From Candidatus Thorarchaeota archaeon (GTDB taxonomy: Archaea > Asgardarchaeota > Thorarchaeia > Thorarchaeales > Thorarchaeaceae): DNA of 64,000 nt. Under the pieces are notes generated by a model. The model ran no database searches. It was not told the origin of the DNA and was given only the letters and a program-made list of their open reading frames with translations. Position 1 is the first letter of the stretch. Each line of letters starts with the position of its first letter. Below are positions 48,953-58,848 of this stretch, piece by piece. The stretch covers positions 96,001 through 160,000 of the forward strand of contig JBHLQH010000001.1 of NCBI GenBank assembly GCA_048884965.1, read 5' to 3'. Made by a program: the position numbers and the translations under genes.

Positions 48953-51900
48953 CTATGTTGCTTTTCTTTTGATTATTACAACTACCAATATCACTACAAT
49001 TCCTATTCCTGCAACGCCTATGGTCAACATCAACAGTCCCGAGAGAGGGTCATCAAAGATTGGTGGTGTCGTTGTATCAGTAGTTCCTGATGTTTCAGTT
49101 GGTTCAGTAGTTGTAGTTGTCGTAGTTGAAGTGGCTATCGAGTCATAGAATGCTATAGCAATATGCGGTTCATTCATGGTCACTTCAATCGAGTTAACTC
49201 CTATTTCGAGCTGAACAGCATCGAGCACCCAGTAGCTGAATTGATATCCCTCTACTGATTCCGCCGTCATTGTGACATTCGTGTTGATATCGAACCAGTT
49301 CCCTGATGGAGTGATAGTTGGTTGTGGTGTGATGTCATTGGGATTTGTATCGCATATCAGATTGAATTGAGTTACCCATATAGCCTGAGCCGTCTTAGGT
49401 CCATCAAGGAAGATACCTTCTGATTCAGCGTAGTCCGATCCCGAAGCGTCTTCTCTCCATTCATCAAATCGATACCTAGTGCCCGTATCACCAGTAACAA
49501 TTCCAGAGTCAAGACTTGCATAGACGGTGCTATTCTCGATATACCATCCTTGAGACAATGAAGTACTGTACTCAGTTTCGACCGTGAAGAAGAATTCTGT
49601 TACCCAAACGGCAGATGCCATCTTTGGTCCATCCATGATGATATCATCAGAAGAAGAATAGTCTGTACCGGTTGCATCATCTTTCCAGTTCTGAAAGACT
49701 ATACGTTCGCCTGTCTGCACATCAATAATATCCGTGTCCAGTACTGCATGAGCAGTATCTCCAGCCGTATACCATCCATCCCCAGAAACTGACCCGTAGT
49801 CCGATTGAATCGTAAGATAGTATTGGGTTTCCCATCTCGCGGTTGCTGTTTTCGGTCCATCCATGGTAATATCATCAGATGCAGCATAATCTGAGCCTGT
49901 GGCATCGCCAATCCACTCTATGAACTCGTATCGAACCCCGGTATCGCCAGCGATCAGATCTGTATCAATGCTGGCGCTTGCTAGAGTCCCTGCATCATAC
50001 CATCCATCTCCTCCGGGAGTGCCGTGGTCTGAAGAAACAGTGAGATAGTATTGCGTCTTCCAGTTTGCAATGGCAGTCTTTGGAGCATCCATGATGATGG
50101 ATGCAGATGAAGCATAGTTTGAGCCTGTAGTGTCACCAGACCAAGACTGGAAAATGTACTGAGTTCCTGTCCCTCCAGAGATTGATTCCTCGTCTATGGA
50201 TGAAGCCGCAGATGATCCATCATCATACCATCCTTGTCCTCCTGTCGTTCCGTGTTCGGAATTCACGGTCAGATAATACTGTGTCTTCCAATTTGCAGTT
50301 GCAGTCTTGGGACCATCCATGGTTATGCTATTTGAAATAGAGTAGTCAGATCCGGAAGCATCTCCACTCCACGAGGTGAACACATACTGTGTCCCAAGTG
50401 TGCCAGCAATGATACCTGCATCGATTGAGGCATGTGCTGTTGAGGCAGCATCATACCATCCTCCTCCTTCTGTAGTGCCATGATCTGAAGAAACAGAAAG
50501 GTAGTATTGAGTCTGCCAGTTCGCAGTTGCTGTCTTTGGACTGTTCATTGTAATTGAATCAGAGTATGAATAGTCTGAGCCCGTTGCATCACCTGACCAG
50601 GCCGAGAACAGATACTGGATGCCTGTTCCTCCCGATATGGTTTCCGAGTCTACAGATGCATGCGTTGTGGAATCAGCATCATACCAACCTCCTCCACTGG
50701 GTGTTCCATGGTCAGAACTGACAGTGAGATAGTACTGCGTCTTCCAATTGGCTGTTGCGGTCTTTGGACCATCCATAGTGATATCCTCTGATGAAGCATA
50801 ATTGGAACCAGATGCATCCTCAGTCCAAGATGTAAAGACATATTGGATTCCAGTACCGCCAGCTATGGTATCTGAGTCGACTGCCGCATTCGCGACAGCT
50901 CCTGAATCATACCAGCCTCCGCCACCAGTTGAACCATGATCTGAATTCACTGTAAGATAGAATTGCGTCTTCCAGTTGGCCGTTGCCGTCTTTGGTCCAT
51001 CCATGGTGATATCTTCAGAAGCAGCGTAATTAGACCCAGTAGCATCACCACTCCATGATGTGAAGACATACTGGATTCCTGTCCCTCCACTGATGATTTC
51101 TGAGTCAATTGATGCGACAGCAGTTGCTCCTGAATTATACCATCCATAACCAGCAGATGTCCCATGATCTGAGTCAATTGTGAGGTAGTATTGTGTAGTC
51201 CAAGAAGCTGTTGCAGTCTTGGCACTATCCATAGTGATTGAATTTGATGCAGCATAGTCCGAACCTGAGGCGTCCTCTCCCCATGAAGCAAAGACATATT
51301 GTATTCCTGTCGCTCCTGCTATTGTATCAGAATCAACTGAAGCGTACGCAGTAGACCCAGAATCATACCAACCTTCTCCACTAGGAGTTCCATGAGCAGA
51401 ACTAACAGTGAGATAGTATTGTGTTTTCCAACTTGCTGTTGCAGTCTTGGGGCTATTCATGGTTATTGAATCAGAGGATGAATAATCTGAACCACTAGCA
51501 TCTCCTGTCCATGAAGTGAACACATACTGCATTCCAGTTCCTCCTGAAACAATTCCCACGTTTACTGCAGCATATGCACTCGATCCACTGTCATACCAAC
51601 CTCCTCCACTAGTGGAGCCATGGTCCGAATCTACAGTCAGGAAATACTGCGTCTTCCATCCTGCAGTAGCTGTTTTAGTTCCATCCATCAATATTCCATT
51701 TGAAGATGAATAGTCCGACCCTGAAGCATCTCCTCCCCATGAAGTGAAGACATATTGTACTCCTGCTGCCCCTGGTACAATATTCGTATTCAATGATGCA
51801 TATGCGGTCGTTCCTGAATCATACCATCCTGTTCCCCCTGTAGTGCCGTATGTTGATGCTACCGTTAGATAATATTGCGTTGTTGAAAATAGATCGTAGC

Positions 51901-54604
51901 CAGTATCAAATCTATTCGATGTGATAGTGAAATTCTGATAACCTGTATCTTCTCCTCCCGGTGTAATCTGCCATGAATCGAAACTCATTCTTTCTGTGCC
52001 ACTTGTGTAATGATAAGAGCCAACCTCGATATCATAGTCGTATCCAAACATCAATCCTATTGTTACTGGACAGGTATAGTCCTGCCCGTTCACAGTAATT
52101 GTATATCCCGGAGAGGAGGCTCCAAACTCCTTGTAGTAGCCAGGAACTGCATAAGCAATTTCATGGCTAGTAGTGTCGTTCATCCATGCAACTATTGGAT
52201 AGAATCTCCCAACTGAACTACTGATATAGTGGCTTGCAACAGCTATGCCACCTGAAATATCATATCCAGTACTGCAAAGAATCTCTTCATCACCAAGTAC
52301 GTCGGGACGGTCATAGTACATTCTCCTGATGCAAACATTATCTCCATTGTAGTAGGATAGGATCACAACACCCTTTTCATATCTTACATTACCTTGGTTA
52401 TCTGCAGCCAGAGTTGGATATTTCTCATCGTCTGTCGTTGACATTAGGAGTGTATTTGCAGTGACTGATTCTGCATGGTCTGAGCTATACCACATGTATA
52501 GGTCATGCTGATAAGCGGCGTTGACTTCGTATGAGTTTACTGTCCATGCAAAGAATACCTCTGGTGAACCACGAATTGCAGCTAATGTTGGACTGGATAT
52601 TGTTACTGTGAATGCCATGGTCCATCCATTAAAAGTGCCGAAATAATCACTCGACCGCGCTGCCACAATCTTTGTGATATTGCTAACGGAATTTCCTCCA
52701 ACAAAAACAACATGCCATCTATTCACGCCATCAAAACCGTATGAACCAACAATCTCGGGTTGAATGTTGTAGGTGTCGATACCAAGTGAATTTCTAAGAA
52801 TCCAAGTTGATCCTTTGTTTGTACTCACTGCTATCGCAATGACGGAGGTGGAACTGCCAGTCCAAGCTTCATAGGCAATCATAAGGTAGTTTGTGGCTCC
52901 ATATAGATAGTCAGTTGCAATACTTGGATCTCGGGAGTTGATAGATACAGTTGTAGATACAACAAGATTATGATCACTCGAAAATCGGACTAATCGCGTG
53001 TCATGAGTGGCACCATCTGTACTCTCATAGGCAATATATAAAGAGTCATCATAAGGATCTATTGCCAGTGAAGGATTGATGTATGAGTAGGAGGTATTGT
53101 AGAAGCTAAACGCATCAGACCATGAATAGCCTCCATCATCACTGTATCTTGCTTGAATCGAGTATTGGCTTATCGAGGAATTCCAAACTGAATAAATACA
53201 ATATACCGTGCCGATCGAATTCGTTGCCATAACAGGAGTTTGGTAGTCTAGATGTGTTGAACCACTCAGTATGGATTCATCAAGCCATCCATCGAGAGGA
53301 TTCGTGGTCACCCGTACTCTGAATGAGGTTCCTTCTTGTGAAAGCACCTCTACAGCAAAACCAGCTACCTCATCAGCAAACTCTTGTCCTATGCCCCAAG
53401 CTCCAGATGAGAGGGTAGATATTGAATCCGATCTGACCTGTACGATGCCATCACCACTACCCAGGGTTGTATCAACTCGAGTGATCAGGATTCCGCTCTC
53501 AGAAAGACTAGCATCGTACCCAGATTGATAGCGTGACTCAATCAGATAGTAGTAATCTTCTGAAATATTGTAACGAATTACTCGCAGACCTGATGTTTGA
53601 TTATAGCTCGATGTTAGAGCAGCTTCGTATGTGCCTGATGTCAAATCATAGATTTCTGTATCATCATACCAATCCATCATCAACTTTGAATAGGCTGTCA
53701 TGTGGACAGGAACAGTACCAGATGGAGACCCTCCCCAACTCCCAGAAGCCATCAGTCCCCACAAACCCACAAGATCATCACTACCAGTCTTCCCATAATG
53801 GTATAGATCGGGGAGACCTATATCATGTCCAAACTCATGAGCGATGACACCGATTGATCGATCCACATCTCCCCCTTGAAACTCGGGAACGATTGAACAT
53901 GAATCGAATGTTTTTTCATCTGTTACAAAATGACCCGGCCAAGACCAACGTACTGACCAAATGTCATCAGATATTCCTGAGCTTTCCTGACCATTTCCTG
54001 CATGGACGACCATAATATGACCATATGAGGAGAAATCTATGTATGGATCTGCAACAGCTAATGCATCATCCACTAGTTTCCAGCTATCATTACTACCATC
54101 GTCATTTGTATCATCGGTTGCTCCACTCGTTGCGCCATCAGCACCGTAATATGCTTTAGAGTTGCCAAGACTATACCATCCTGCTACAGCGCCTGTAATT
54201 GACGACTGTCCATATGACACTTCGTCGTAATAGTCGCTTACATTTGTGAAGATAATCGAGTTGATTGTAGATGAACTCTCAGTATTAGTGAGGTCGCTAA
54301 AGTAAACAAGAATAACAATCAGGGTTTGCGGTCCCGTCGGAGCTTTCTGTGCCTCAGGTACAAATGCTCCTCCAGGATCTCCACTATATGTTATCTCTCT
54401 GCTAACCGGTGCAACTGGGGTAGCTAAGGGGAATGCATTGATGATTCCACCATCTGTAGTATTCTGTGTTCCATCGAATACTATTGGATTCCCACTGCTC
54501 ACTAGTGATAGACTCAGTACTAATATCAAGAGCAGGAAAGTACATCTTCGAGCTAGGTGTGCCATTGCACATACGTCTCCTCTAACCTCGGCTGAAAACC
54601 GCAA
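48953..54604 (-). CDS. M6 (immune inhibitor A-like) metalloprotease with BNR/sialidase-like region, 11 tandem 76-aa repeats and C-terminal TM anchor
   Basis: HEFGHDIGLPDLY, W.LMASGSW, S.D.G.SW boxes. The likely start is ATG 54565. Confidence 0.9.
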   Translation of the reverse strand: MRFSAEVRGDVCAMAHLARRCTFLLLILVLSLSLVSSGNPIVFDGTQNTTDGGIINAFPLATPVAPVSREITYSGDPGGAFVPEAQKAPTGPQTLIVILVYFSDLTNTESSSTINSIIFTNVSDYYDEVSYGQSSITGAVAGWYSLGNSKAYYGADGATSGATDDTNDDGSNDSWKLVDDALAVADPYIDFSSYGHIMVVHAGNGQESSGISDDIWSVRWSWPGHFVTDEKTFDSCSIVPEFQGGDVDRSIGVIAHEFGHDIGLPDLYHYGKTGSDDLVGLWGLMASGSWGGSPSGTVPVHMTAYSKLMMDWYDDTEIYDLTSGTYEAALTSSYNQTSGLRVIRYNISEDYYYLIESRYQSGYDASLSESGILITRVDTTLGSGDGIVQVRSDSISTLSSGAWGIGQEFADEVAGFAVEVLSQEGTSFRVRVTTNPLDGWLDESILSGSTHLDYQTPVMATNSIGTVYCIYSVWNSSISQYSIQARYSDDGGYSWSDAFSFYNTSYSYINPSLAIDPYDDSLYIAYESTDGATHDTRLVRFSSDHNLVVSTTVSINSRDPSIATDYLYGATNYLMIAYEAWTGSSTSVIAIAVSTNKGSTWILRNSLGIDTYNIQPEIVGSYGFDGVNRWHVVFVGGNSVSNITKIVAARSSDYFGTFNGWTMAFTVTISSPTLAAIRGSPEVFFAWTVNSYEVNAAYQHDLYMWYSSDHAESVTANTLLMSTTDDEKYPTLAADNQGNVRYEKGVVILSYYNGDNVCIRRMYYDRPDVLGDEEILCSTGYDISGGIAVASHYISSSVGRFYPIVAWMNDTTSHEIAYAVPGYYKEFGASSPGYTITVNGQDYTCPVTIGLMFGYDYDIEVGSYHYTSGTERMSFDSWQITPGGEDTGYQNFTITSNRFDTGYDLFSTTQYYLTVASTYGTTGGTGWYDSGTTAYASLNTNIVPGAAGVQYVFTSWGGDASGSDYSSSNGILMDGTKTATAGWKTQYFLTVDSDHGSTSGGGWYDSGSSAYAAVNVGIVSGGTGMQYVFTSWTGDASGSDYSSSDSITMNSPKTATASWKTQYYLTVSSAHGTPSGEGWYDSGSTAYASVDSDTIAGATGIQYVFASWGEDASGSDYAASNSITMDSAKTATASWTTQYYLTIDSDHGTSAGYGWYNSGATAVASIDSEIISGGTGIQYVFTSWSGDATGSNYAASEDITMDGPKTATANWKTQFYLTVNSDHGSTGGGGWYDSGAVANAAVDSDTIAGGTGIQYVFTSWTEDASGSNYASSEDITMDGPKTATANWKTQYYLTVSSDHGTPSGGGWYDADSTTHASVDSETISGGTGIQYLFSAWSGDATGSDYSYSDSITMNSPKTATANWQTQYYLSVSSDHGTTEGGGWYDAASTAHASIDAGIIAGTLGTQYVFTSWSGDASGSDYSISNSITMDGPKTATANWKTQYYLTVNSEHGTTGGQGWYDDGSSAASSIDEESISGGTGTQYIFQSWSGDTTGSNYASSASIIMDAPKTAIANWKTQYYLTVSSDHGTPGGDGWYDAGTLASASIDTDLIAGDTGVRYEFIEWIGDATGSDYAASDDITMDGPKTATARWETQYYLTIQSDYGSVSGDGWYTAGDTAHAVLDTDIIDVQTGERIVFQNWKDDATGTDYSSSDDIIMDGPKMASAVWVTEFFFTVETEYSTSLSQGWYIENSTVYASLDSGIVTGDTGTRYRFDEWREDASGSDYAESEGIFLDGPKTAQAIWVTQFNLICDTNPNDITPQPTITPSGNWFDINTNVTMTAESVEGYQFSYWVLDAVQLEIGVNSIEVTMNEPHIAIAFYDSIATSTTTTTTTEPTETSGTTDTTTPPIFDDPLSGLLMLTIGVAGIGIVVILVVVIIKRKAT
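49372..51879 (-). repeat. Intragenic tandem repeat, ~11 x 228 bp
   Basis: TQYYLTV.S.HG...G.GWYD.G..A.AS...QYVF.SW.GDA.GS.Y..S..I.MDGPKTATA.W units. Confidence 0.9.
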
Positions 54605-54664
54605 TCAGGCTCTCTATTGATTACCCTATTAATTTTCGCTAATTGTAAGACAGCTTTGATTTGA

Positions 54665-55495
54665 CTAGCTAACAACTATTCGCGTAACGGGTACATTATC
54701 TCTTCTTAGAAATCCCTTCAATGTTCCTGGCTCCATCAACGAGAGAAGAGCTACTTCCATTCCATTCTTGATTTGGGATTTGACTGGTTCTATCGACTTG
54801 AGTTTTCCCTTCATTGCTCCACTAGCATCAACTACTCCTGATTTTCCCATGCTTTCGAAAAAAGTGTCCAAGTCATTCAAATCTATTTGCTCTAATAGGT
54901 GAGCATCAGGATTTACTTTTGGATCTGTATCATAGATACCCTTCACATCTGAGATGAATATCAGATGCTTCGCTTTGAGTTCTGTGGCGAGCAGCACAGC
55001 CATCTGATCACCGCTTCCAATACTCCATCCCATCGCAGAATCAATGAGGATGTCCCCACCAAGTAGTGGCACCATACCAACGGACATGAAGCCTTTCAAT
55101 GAGTCTAGGTACATTCCTGATATTTGCATTCCATCTGATTTCATCATCGATGAAGGATACATAAGACAAACAGGGATACCTGCCTTTTGGAATTGCTTCA
55201 CTATGATATGTCTGAACTCACCTACTGCTTCTTGGGTTTCAGAGAGGGGCAACAGCTGCTCCTCTCCTTGGAAACCCTTGTGCAGTTTATGTTTCAGAAC
55301 CGGAGGGTGTCCATACGAACCCACGCCATGCAGGAGTACGAGATGATCAATGAGTCCTTCATCCATGCACTCCTTGATCTCTCTAGCTGAATTCTCAAGC
55401 ACCTCTTTTCTATAGGTGTAGGGTTTTGTCTTATCCGTGAGCAGTGATCCGCCCAGCTTGATTACGGTCACCTCTCGGTTCATCATAATCACCAC
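54665..55495 (-). CDS. Isopentenyl phosphate kinase (amino-acid kinase family)
   Basis: IKLGGSLLTDK, HGVGSYGH, SGDQ, DV.G.Y..DP, DASGAMKGK. Confidence 0.88.
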   Translation of the reverse strand: MVIMMNREVTVIKLGGSLLTDKTKPYTYRKEVLENSAREIKECMDEGLIDHLVLLHGVGSYGHPPVLKHKLHKGFQGEEQLLPLSETQEAVGEFRHIIVKQFQKAGIPVCLMYPSSMMKSDGMQISGMYLDSLKGFMSVGMVPLLGGDILIDSAMGWSIGSGDQMAVLLATELKAKHLIFISDVKGIYDTDPKVNPDAHLLEQIDLNDLDTFFESMGKSGVVDASGAMKGKLKSIEPVKSQIKNGMEVALLSLMEPGTLKGFLRRDNVPVTRIVVS

Positions 55496-55496
55496 T

Positions 55497-56306
55497 CTAG
55501 AATAGGGTCAAGAATGGGAATGGCCATGCTAAACCTAGGAACGGAATGATTGCCACCATTATCACTGCCGCTATTGTAACAGTCCAGTTGTCATAGCCCT
55601 TTGGTGAGATAGCTTCGACGATGGTTGATACCAAGCTAATAAGTAGGATTGATATTAGCATATCTCCAATAACGAAGACCGATACTTCGATGGAGAATAG
55701 AAAGACCAAGATAACGCTGAATAGGAATGAACCAATGAACATCCCAATTGAGCCAACAAGTGTCCTTTCGGCACCACCGAACCCGAATGTCTTCTCGCCA
55801 CCATATTTGCGGCCGATAACATCTGCGAGACCATCCCCTCCTGCAAGACATCCAAACACAATGAGTGCTGTAGGCGATGCCTGAGCTAGATCTGCTGAAG
55901 ATGGCACATAGAACCATACGATTGCGAATAGCACCATTATCAGAGCGTAGTAGAGAGTTCCTCCAAGGAGTTCTCTAGGTTCTCCGGTCCTTGACATGGA
56001 TCTAACAAAATCATCATTCTTCATCTTCCCTGTTCCAATCGCTGCAAAGAGCAGGACGAACATCAATGGTGGAATTAGTGCAAGCCAACGGCTAAAGATA
56101 CCACCTGAAAATAATATCCAAGTCACAGCCCATAATGGCGCTGCGAAGATATGGATGATTTTTCGTGTTACAATAGTGGAAAGCTTTCCACTCTTTTCGA
56201 TTGCTGCATTGATTTGGACTAACATCAGGATCAAGAAGAATGAGATGAAGCATGCGATGATGTCCCACACCAATGCGAGCTCAGGTCCTAGAGGGTTGAA
56301 AACCAA
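55497..56306 (-). CDS. CTP-dependent isoprenoid alcohol kinase (phytol/farnesol/dolichol kinase family)
   Basis: TRKIIHI, SMSR.GEPRELL.G.LYY, GDGLADVIG.KYG, GS.GMF, DN. The start is placed at TTG after GGAGG; the ORF track gives 56336. Confidence 0.85.
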   Translation of the reverse strand: MVFNPLGPELALVWDIIACFISFFLILMLVQINAAIEKSGKLSTIVTRKIIHIFAAPLWAVTWILFSGGIFSRWLALIPPLMFVLLFAAIGTGKMKNDDFVRSMSRTGEPRELLGGTLYYALIMVLFAIVWFYVPSSADLAQASPTALIVFGCLAGGDGLADVIGRKYGGEKTFGFGGAERTLVGSIGMFIGSFLFSVILVFLFSIEVSVFVIGDMLISILLISLVSTIVEAISPKGYDNWTVTIAAVIMVAIIPFLGLAWPFPFLTLF

Positions 56307-56446
56307 TTTCGTTTCCTCCAAATGGAATATCTTCAAAGGATTCTTGAATCTACGATTTAAACTTGGTCACATTCTCAAGATTCAATCGACAATTGGCGAA
56401 GTGCATCTTGAATATTATATTCTGAATTGACAAAAGATGATAGAGT

Positions 56447-56540
56447 GGTAGCCAGTGCCAGAACGGCGAAACTGGTAGGAGGGGGGAGTTATGAGGGCAT
56501 GTTACAGAAGTAGTTTTGCCCTTCTAGCCACCTGACTACC
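56447..56540. other. Long imperfect inverted repeat / candidate structured RNA enclosing an RBS and a 14-codon ORF
   Basis: GGTAGCCAGTGCCAGAACGGCGAAACT pairs with AGTTTTGCCCTTCTAGCCACCTGACTACC. Confidence 0.55.
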
Positions 56541-56692
56541 TATTTTCATATTAGATGTAGTTCCTAATAAGCACTACCATTCTAATATGGAATGTCCACA
56601 CCTTTTTTCACATTTCAGTACTTTTTTCTTTCATTCTGAACCTATCCAAAACAACAGATTCCTTTGGTTGGAATGAATTAGAATGTGGTAGT

Positions 56693-57136
56693 ATGACAAT
56701 AGAAGAACATAGGTATGAGATGGAAAGCAATTGGGTACGTGAAAAGATCGTCACGATTGAGGTGAGTGGAAAACCTATCCTCGAAATTGCGACACCACTT
56801 GACTTTTGGCCAAACAGTCCATCAGGAATGTTTTCACCAGAGGATCTCTTTCTTGCAGCCGCTATAAGTTGCTACGGTGTTAGCATACATGGTGTGTCTA
56901 AGAGGTTCCATACTGAGTTCAGTGATTTCCATGTCAAAGGTACCGGCAATCTAATCCAAGGTGAAAATGGGTGGGAATTCGAACAGATATCAATATTCGC
57001 AGAAATCTATGTTTCTGATTCATCGCATATAGCGAAAATGGAGAAGGTCGCTGAGAAAGCTCACCAGTACTGTGTCATCGCAAACTCAATGAAATGCCCT
57101 GTACATTTGGACTATAAGGTCGTTCTCAAAGAGTGA
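56693..57136 (+). CDS. OsmC/Ohr family protein
   Basis: SPEDLFLAAAISC and AHQYCVIANS. Confidence 0.88.
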   Translation: MTIEEHRYEMESNWVREKIVTIEVSGKPILEIATPLDFWPNSPSGMFSPEDLFLAAAISCYGVSIHGVSKRFHTEFSDFHVKGTGNLIQGENGWEFEQISIFAEIYVSDSSHIAKMEKVAEKAHQYCVIANSMKCPVHLDYKVVLKE

Positions 57137-57190
57137 TGTATATCCACATCTTCTGCACAACTTGACTTTGAATTTAGTATCGAATCGAAA

Positions 57191-57571
57191 TCAATCCAGT
57201 TCGTGCGGTAGAGGGATTTCTGCAATATACTCCTCTCCACAAGTACACTGTAACTTCACAGTCCATCTTTTTGGAAGTGCTACATTGAACTCTTCGATAT
57301 ACTCTGAGAGACTTTCTTTAATTCCTCGGACTAGTCTAACATAAGCATTTGCCAGCCTTCCTATTTCCTCCGGAAAGTCAAGATCCGATAGGAAATATTT
57401 GACTCCCTCATCACATTTTGGACAAGAGGTAACAAGAATGTGAGTCTTATCATGACAATTCTCGCAAGTCACATCATGCTCCTTCATAGTAGGAGCTTTG
57501 GGAATCTCGGGACTAATTCGATTACTATGTCCACAGACATAGCAATAGTATGTAAAGGATAAATCTGCCAT
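57191..57571 (-). CDS. Multi-Zn-ribbon hypothetical protein
   Basis: CYVC, CENC, CPKC and CTC motifs. Confidence 0.75.
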   Translation of the reverse strand: MADLSFTYYCYVCGHSNRISPEIPKAPTMKEHDVTCENCHDKTHILVTSCPKCDEGVKYFLSDLDFPEEIGRLANAYVRLVRGIKESLSEYIEEFNVALPKRWTVKLQCTCGEEYIAEIPLPHELD

Positions 57572-57632
57572 CTCTCAAACTCTCCTGATTGTAGTGTTTG
57601 ATTCTGCTATAAGGACTACTCTTCAATGAATA

Positions 57633-58331
57633 ATGCTTTATTCGCGATTATTTTTTAGTATTGATATGACCGGGGAAATTGACATGACCACTGAAACGGA
57701 GAAATCACCTATTGTTGAGGATAAAGGTGCTTTCTTCTTCAACCCACCATCATCCCTTTGGCCCTTGCTGTCAGCTCTTCTTGCAATCGTACTTTTTTCA
57801 GCTTGGTCAACCCGATCAGGTCTCGACTTTGTTGTTTCAATAATAGTCATTGCTGTATATTCGATTCTAGCTCTGTGGTCAACGAGATTCAACTATGGTA
57901 GATTGGTCATTACTGAGGATGGAACACACCTCTTACTTGAATTCAAGAAACCTGGTTTCTCTTGGAAATATCTCTTCTACTCATTGTTGGGCTCTGCAAT
58001 TCCAATACTCCTACCCTGGTTTGTACTAGCAAACTCGGTAACGGAAACACCAGAGATCACACAATCGATCATGATCATTGCTATGGTCCTCTATGTCTTG
58101 ATCATCCCTGTTCTACCTTCTCTAGCTAATATCCCCAACCTCTCCATCCTCAAGACAAAACTCCACTCTTCGTATGATCTCGAATCACAAAAGATTGATG
58201 ATTTTGATTTACAGATCCACGAGCTTGATAGATTCTGGTATTCATTTCGTGAAGATGAGGAAGTTATCCAACAAGTGCGAAATACTCTTCTCAAGATGTT
58301 CCAAGAGCATCTAGAGGTCAATTCTTCTTAG
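57633..58331 (+). CDS. Hypothetical membrane protein
   Basis: Four TM segments. The start may be 57684. Confidence 0.6.
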   Translation: MLYSRLFFSIDMTGEIDMTTETEKSPIVEDKGAFFFNPPSSLWPLLSALLAIVLFSAWSTRSGLDFVVSIIVIAVYSILALWSTRFNYGRLVITEDGTHLLLEFKKPGFSWKYLFYSLLGSAIPILLPWFVLANSVTETPEITQSIMIIAMVLYVLIIPVLPSLANIPNLSILKTKLHSSYDLESQKIDDFDLQIHELDRFWYSFREDEEVIQQVRNTLLKMFQEHLEVNSS

Positions 58332-58844
58332 TTCTGAAGGATATCGTACGGCGTTTCTCACATAGGTTTCTACGTATCGTTCTATTGCTATCCTTGCTGG
58401 ATCGTCCTGCTCAAGGTCTCTGAGATATTTCGCGGGAACCCCTGCATAGACCTTGTAGGGTTCAGTAATGGTCTTGGAATGTAGCAAGGCGCCATTTCCA
58501 ATCAATGCTCCTTTCGCAACAACTGAATGAAGCATGAGAACTGCACCCATTCCAATCGCAGCGTAATCATCAATGAATTTCGCATGAACCGATGCATTGT
58601 GTCCTATGTTCACTCTCTTTCCAATGGTCGTATCATGTGATTCTGTTGAATGGACTACCGCACCATCCTGCACATTCGTTTCATCTCCTATTGTAATGAT
58701 TCCAATATCTCCCCTTACTGACGACATTGGAGCGAGAAACACTCTCTCTCCTATTATTACATCCCCTATCACTGAAGCTTGCGGGTGGATATATGCACTC
58801 TCTGCAATCTTCGGAATTTTATCACCTAAAGCATATACGGCCAT
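58311..58844 (-). CDS. Gamma-carbonic anhydrase / hexapeptide-repeat protein
   Basis: VIGDV.IG, RGD, TNVQDG.VVH, IGH.A.VH. Confidence 0.9.
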   Translation of the reverse strand: MAVYALGDKIPKIAESAYIHPQASVIGDVIIGERVFLAPMSSVRGDIGIITIGDETNVQDGAVVHSTESHDTTIGKRVNIGHNASVHAKFIDDYAAIGMGAVLMLHSVVAKGALIGNGALLHSKTITEPYKVYAGVPAKYLRDLEQDDPARIAIERYVETYVRNAVRYPSELRRIDL

Positions 58845-58848
58845 TTTC

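Noticed and set aside
49372-51879. Possible CRISPR array or DGR template/variable repeats
   Set aside because: Units are in-frame 228-bp coding repeats with no spacers. No reverse transcriptase or cas gene is present, and no adenine-specific variation was noticed.
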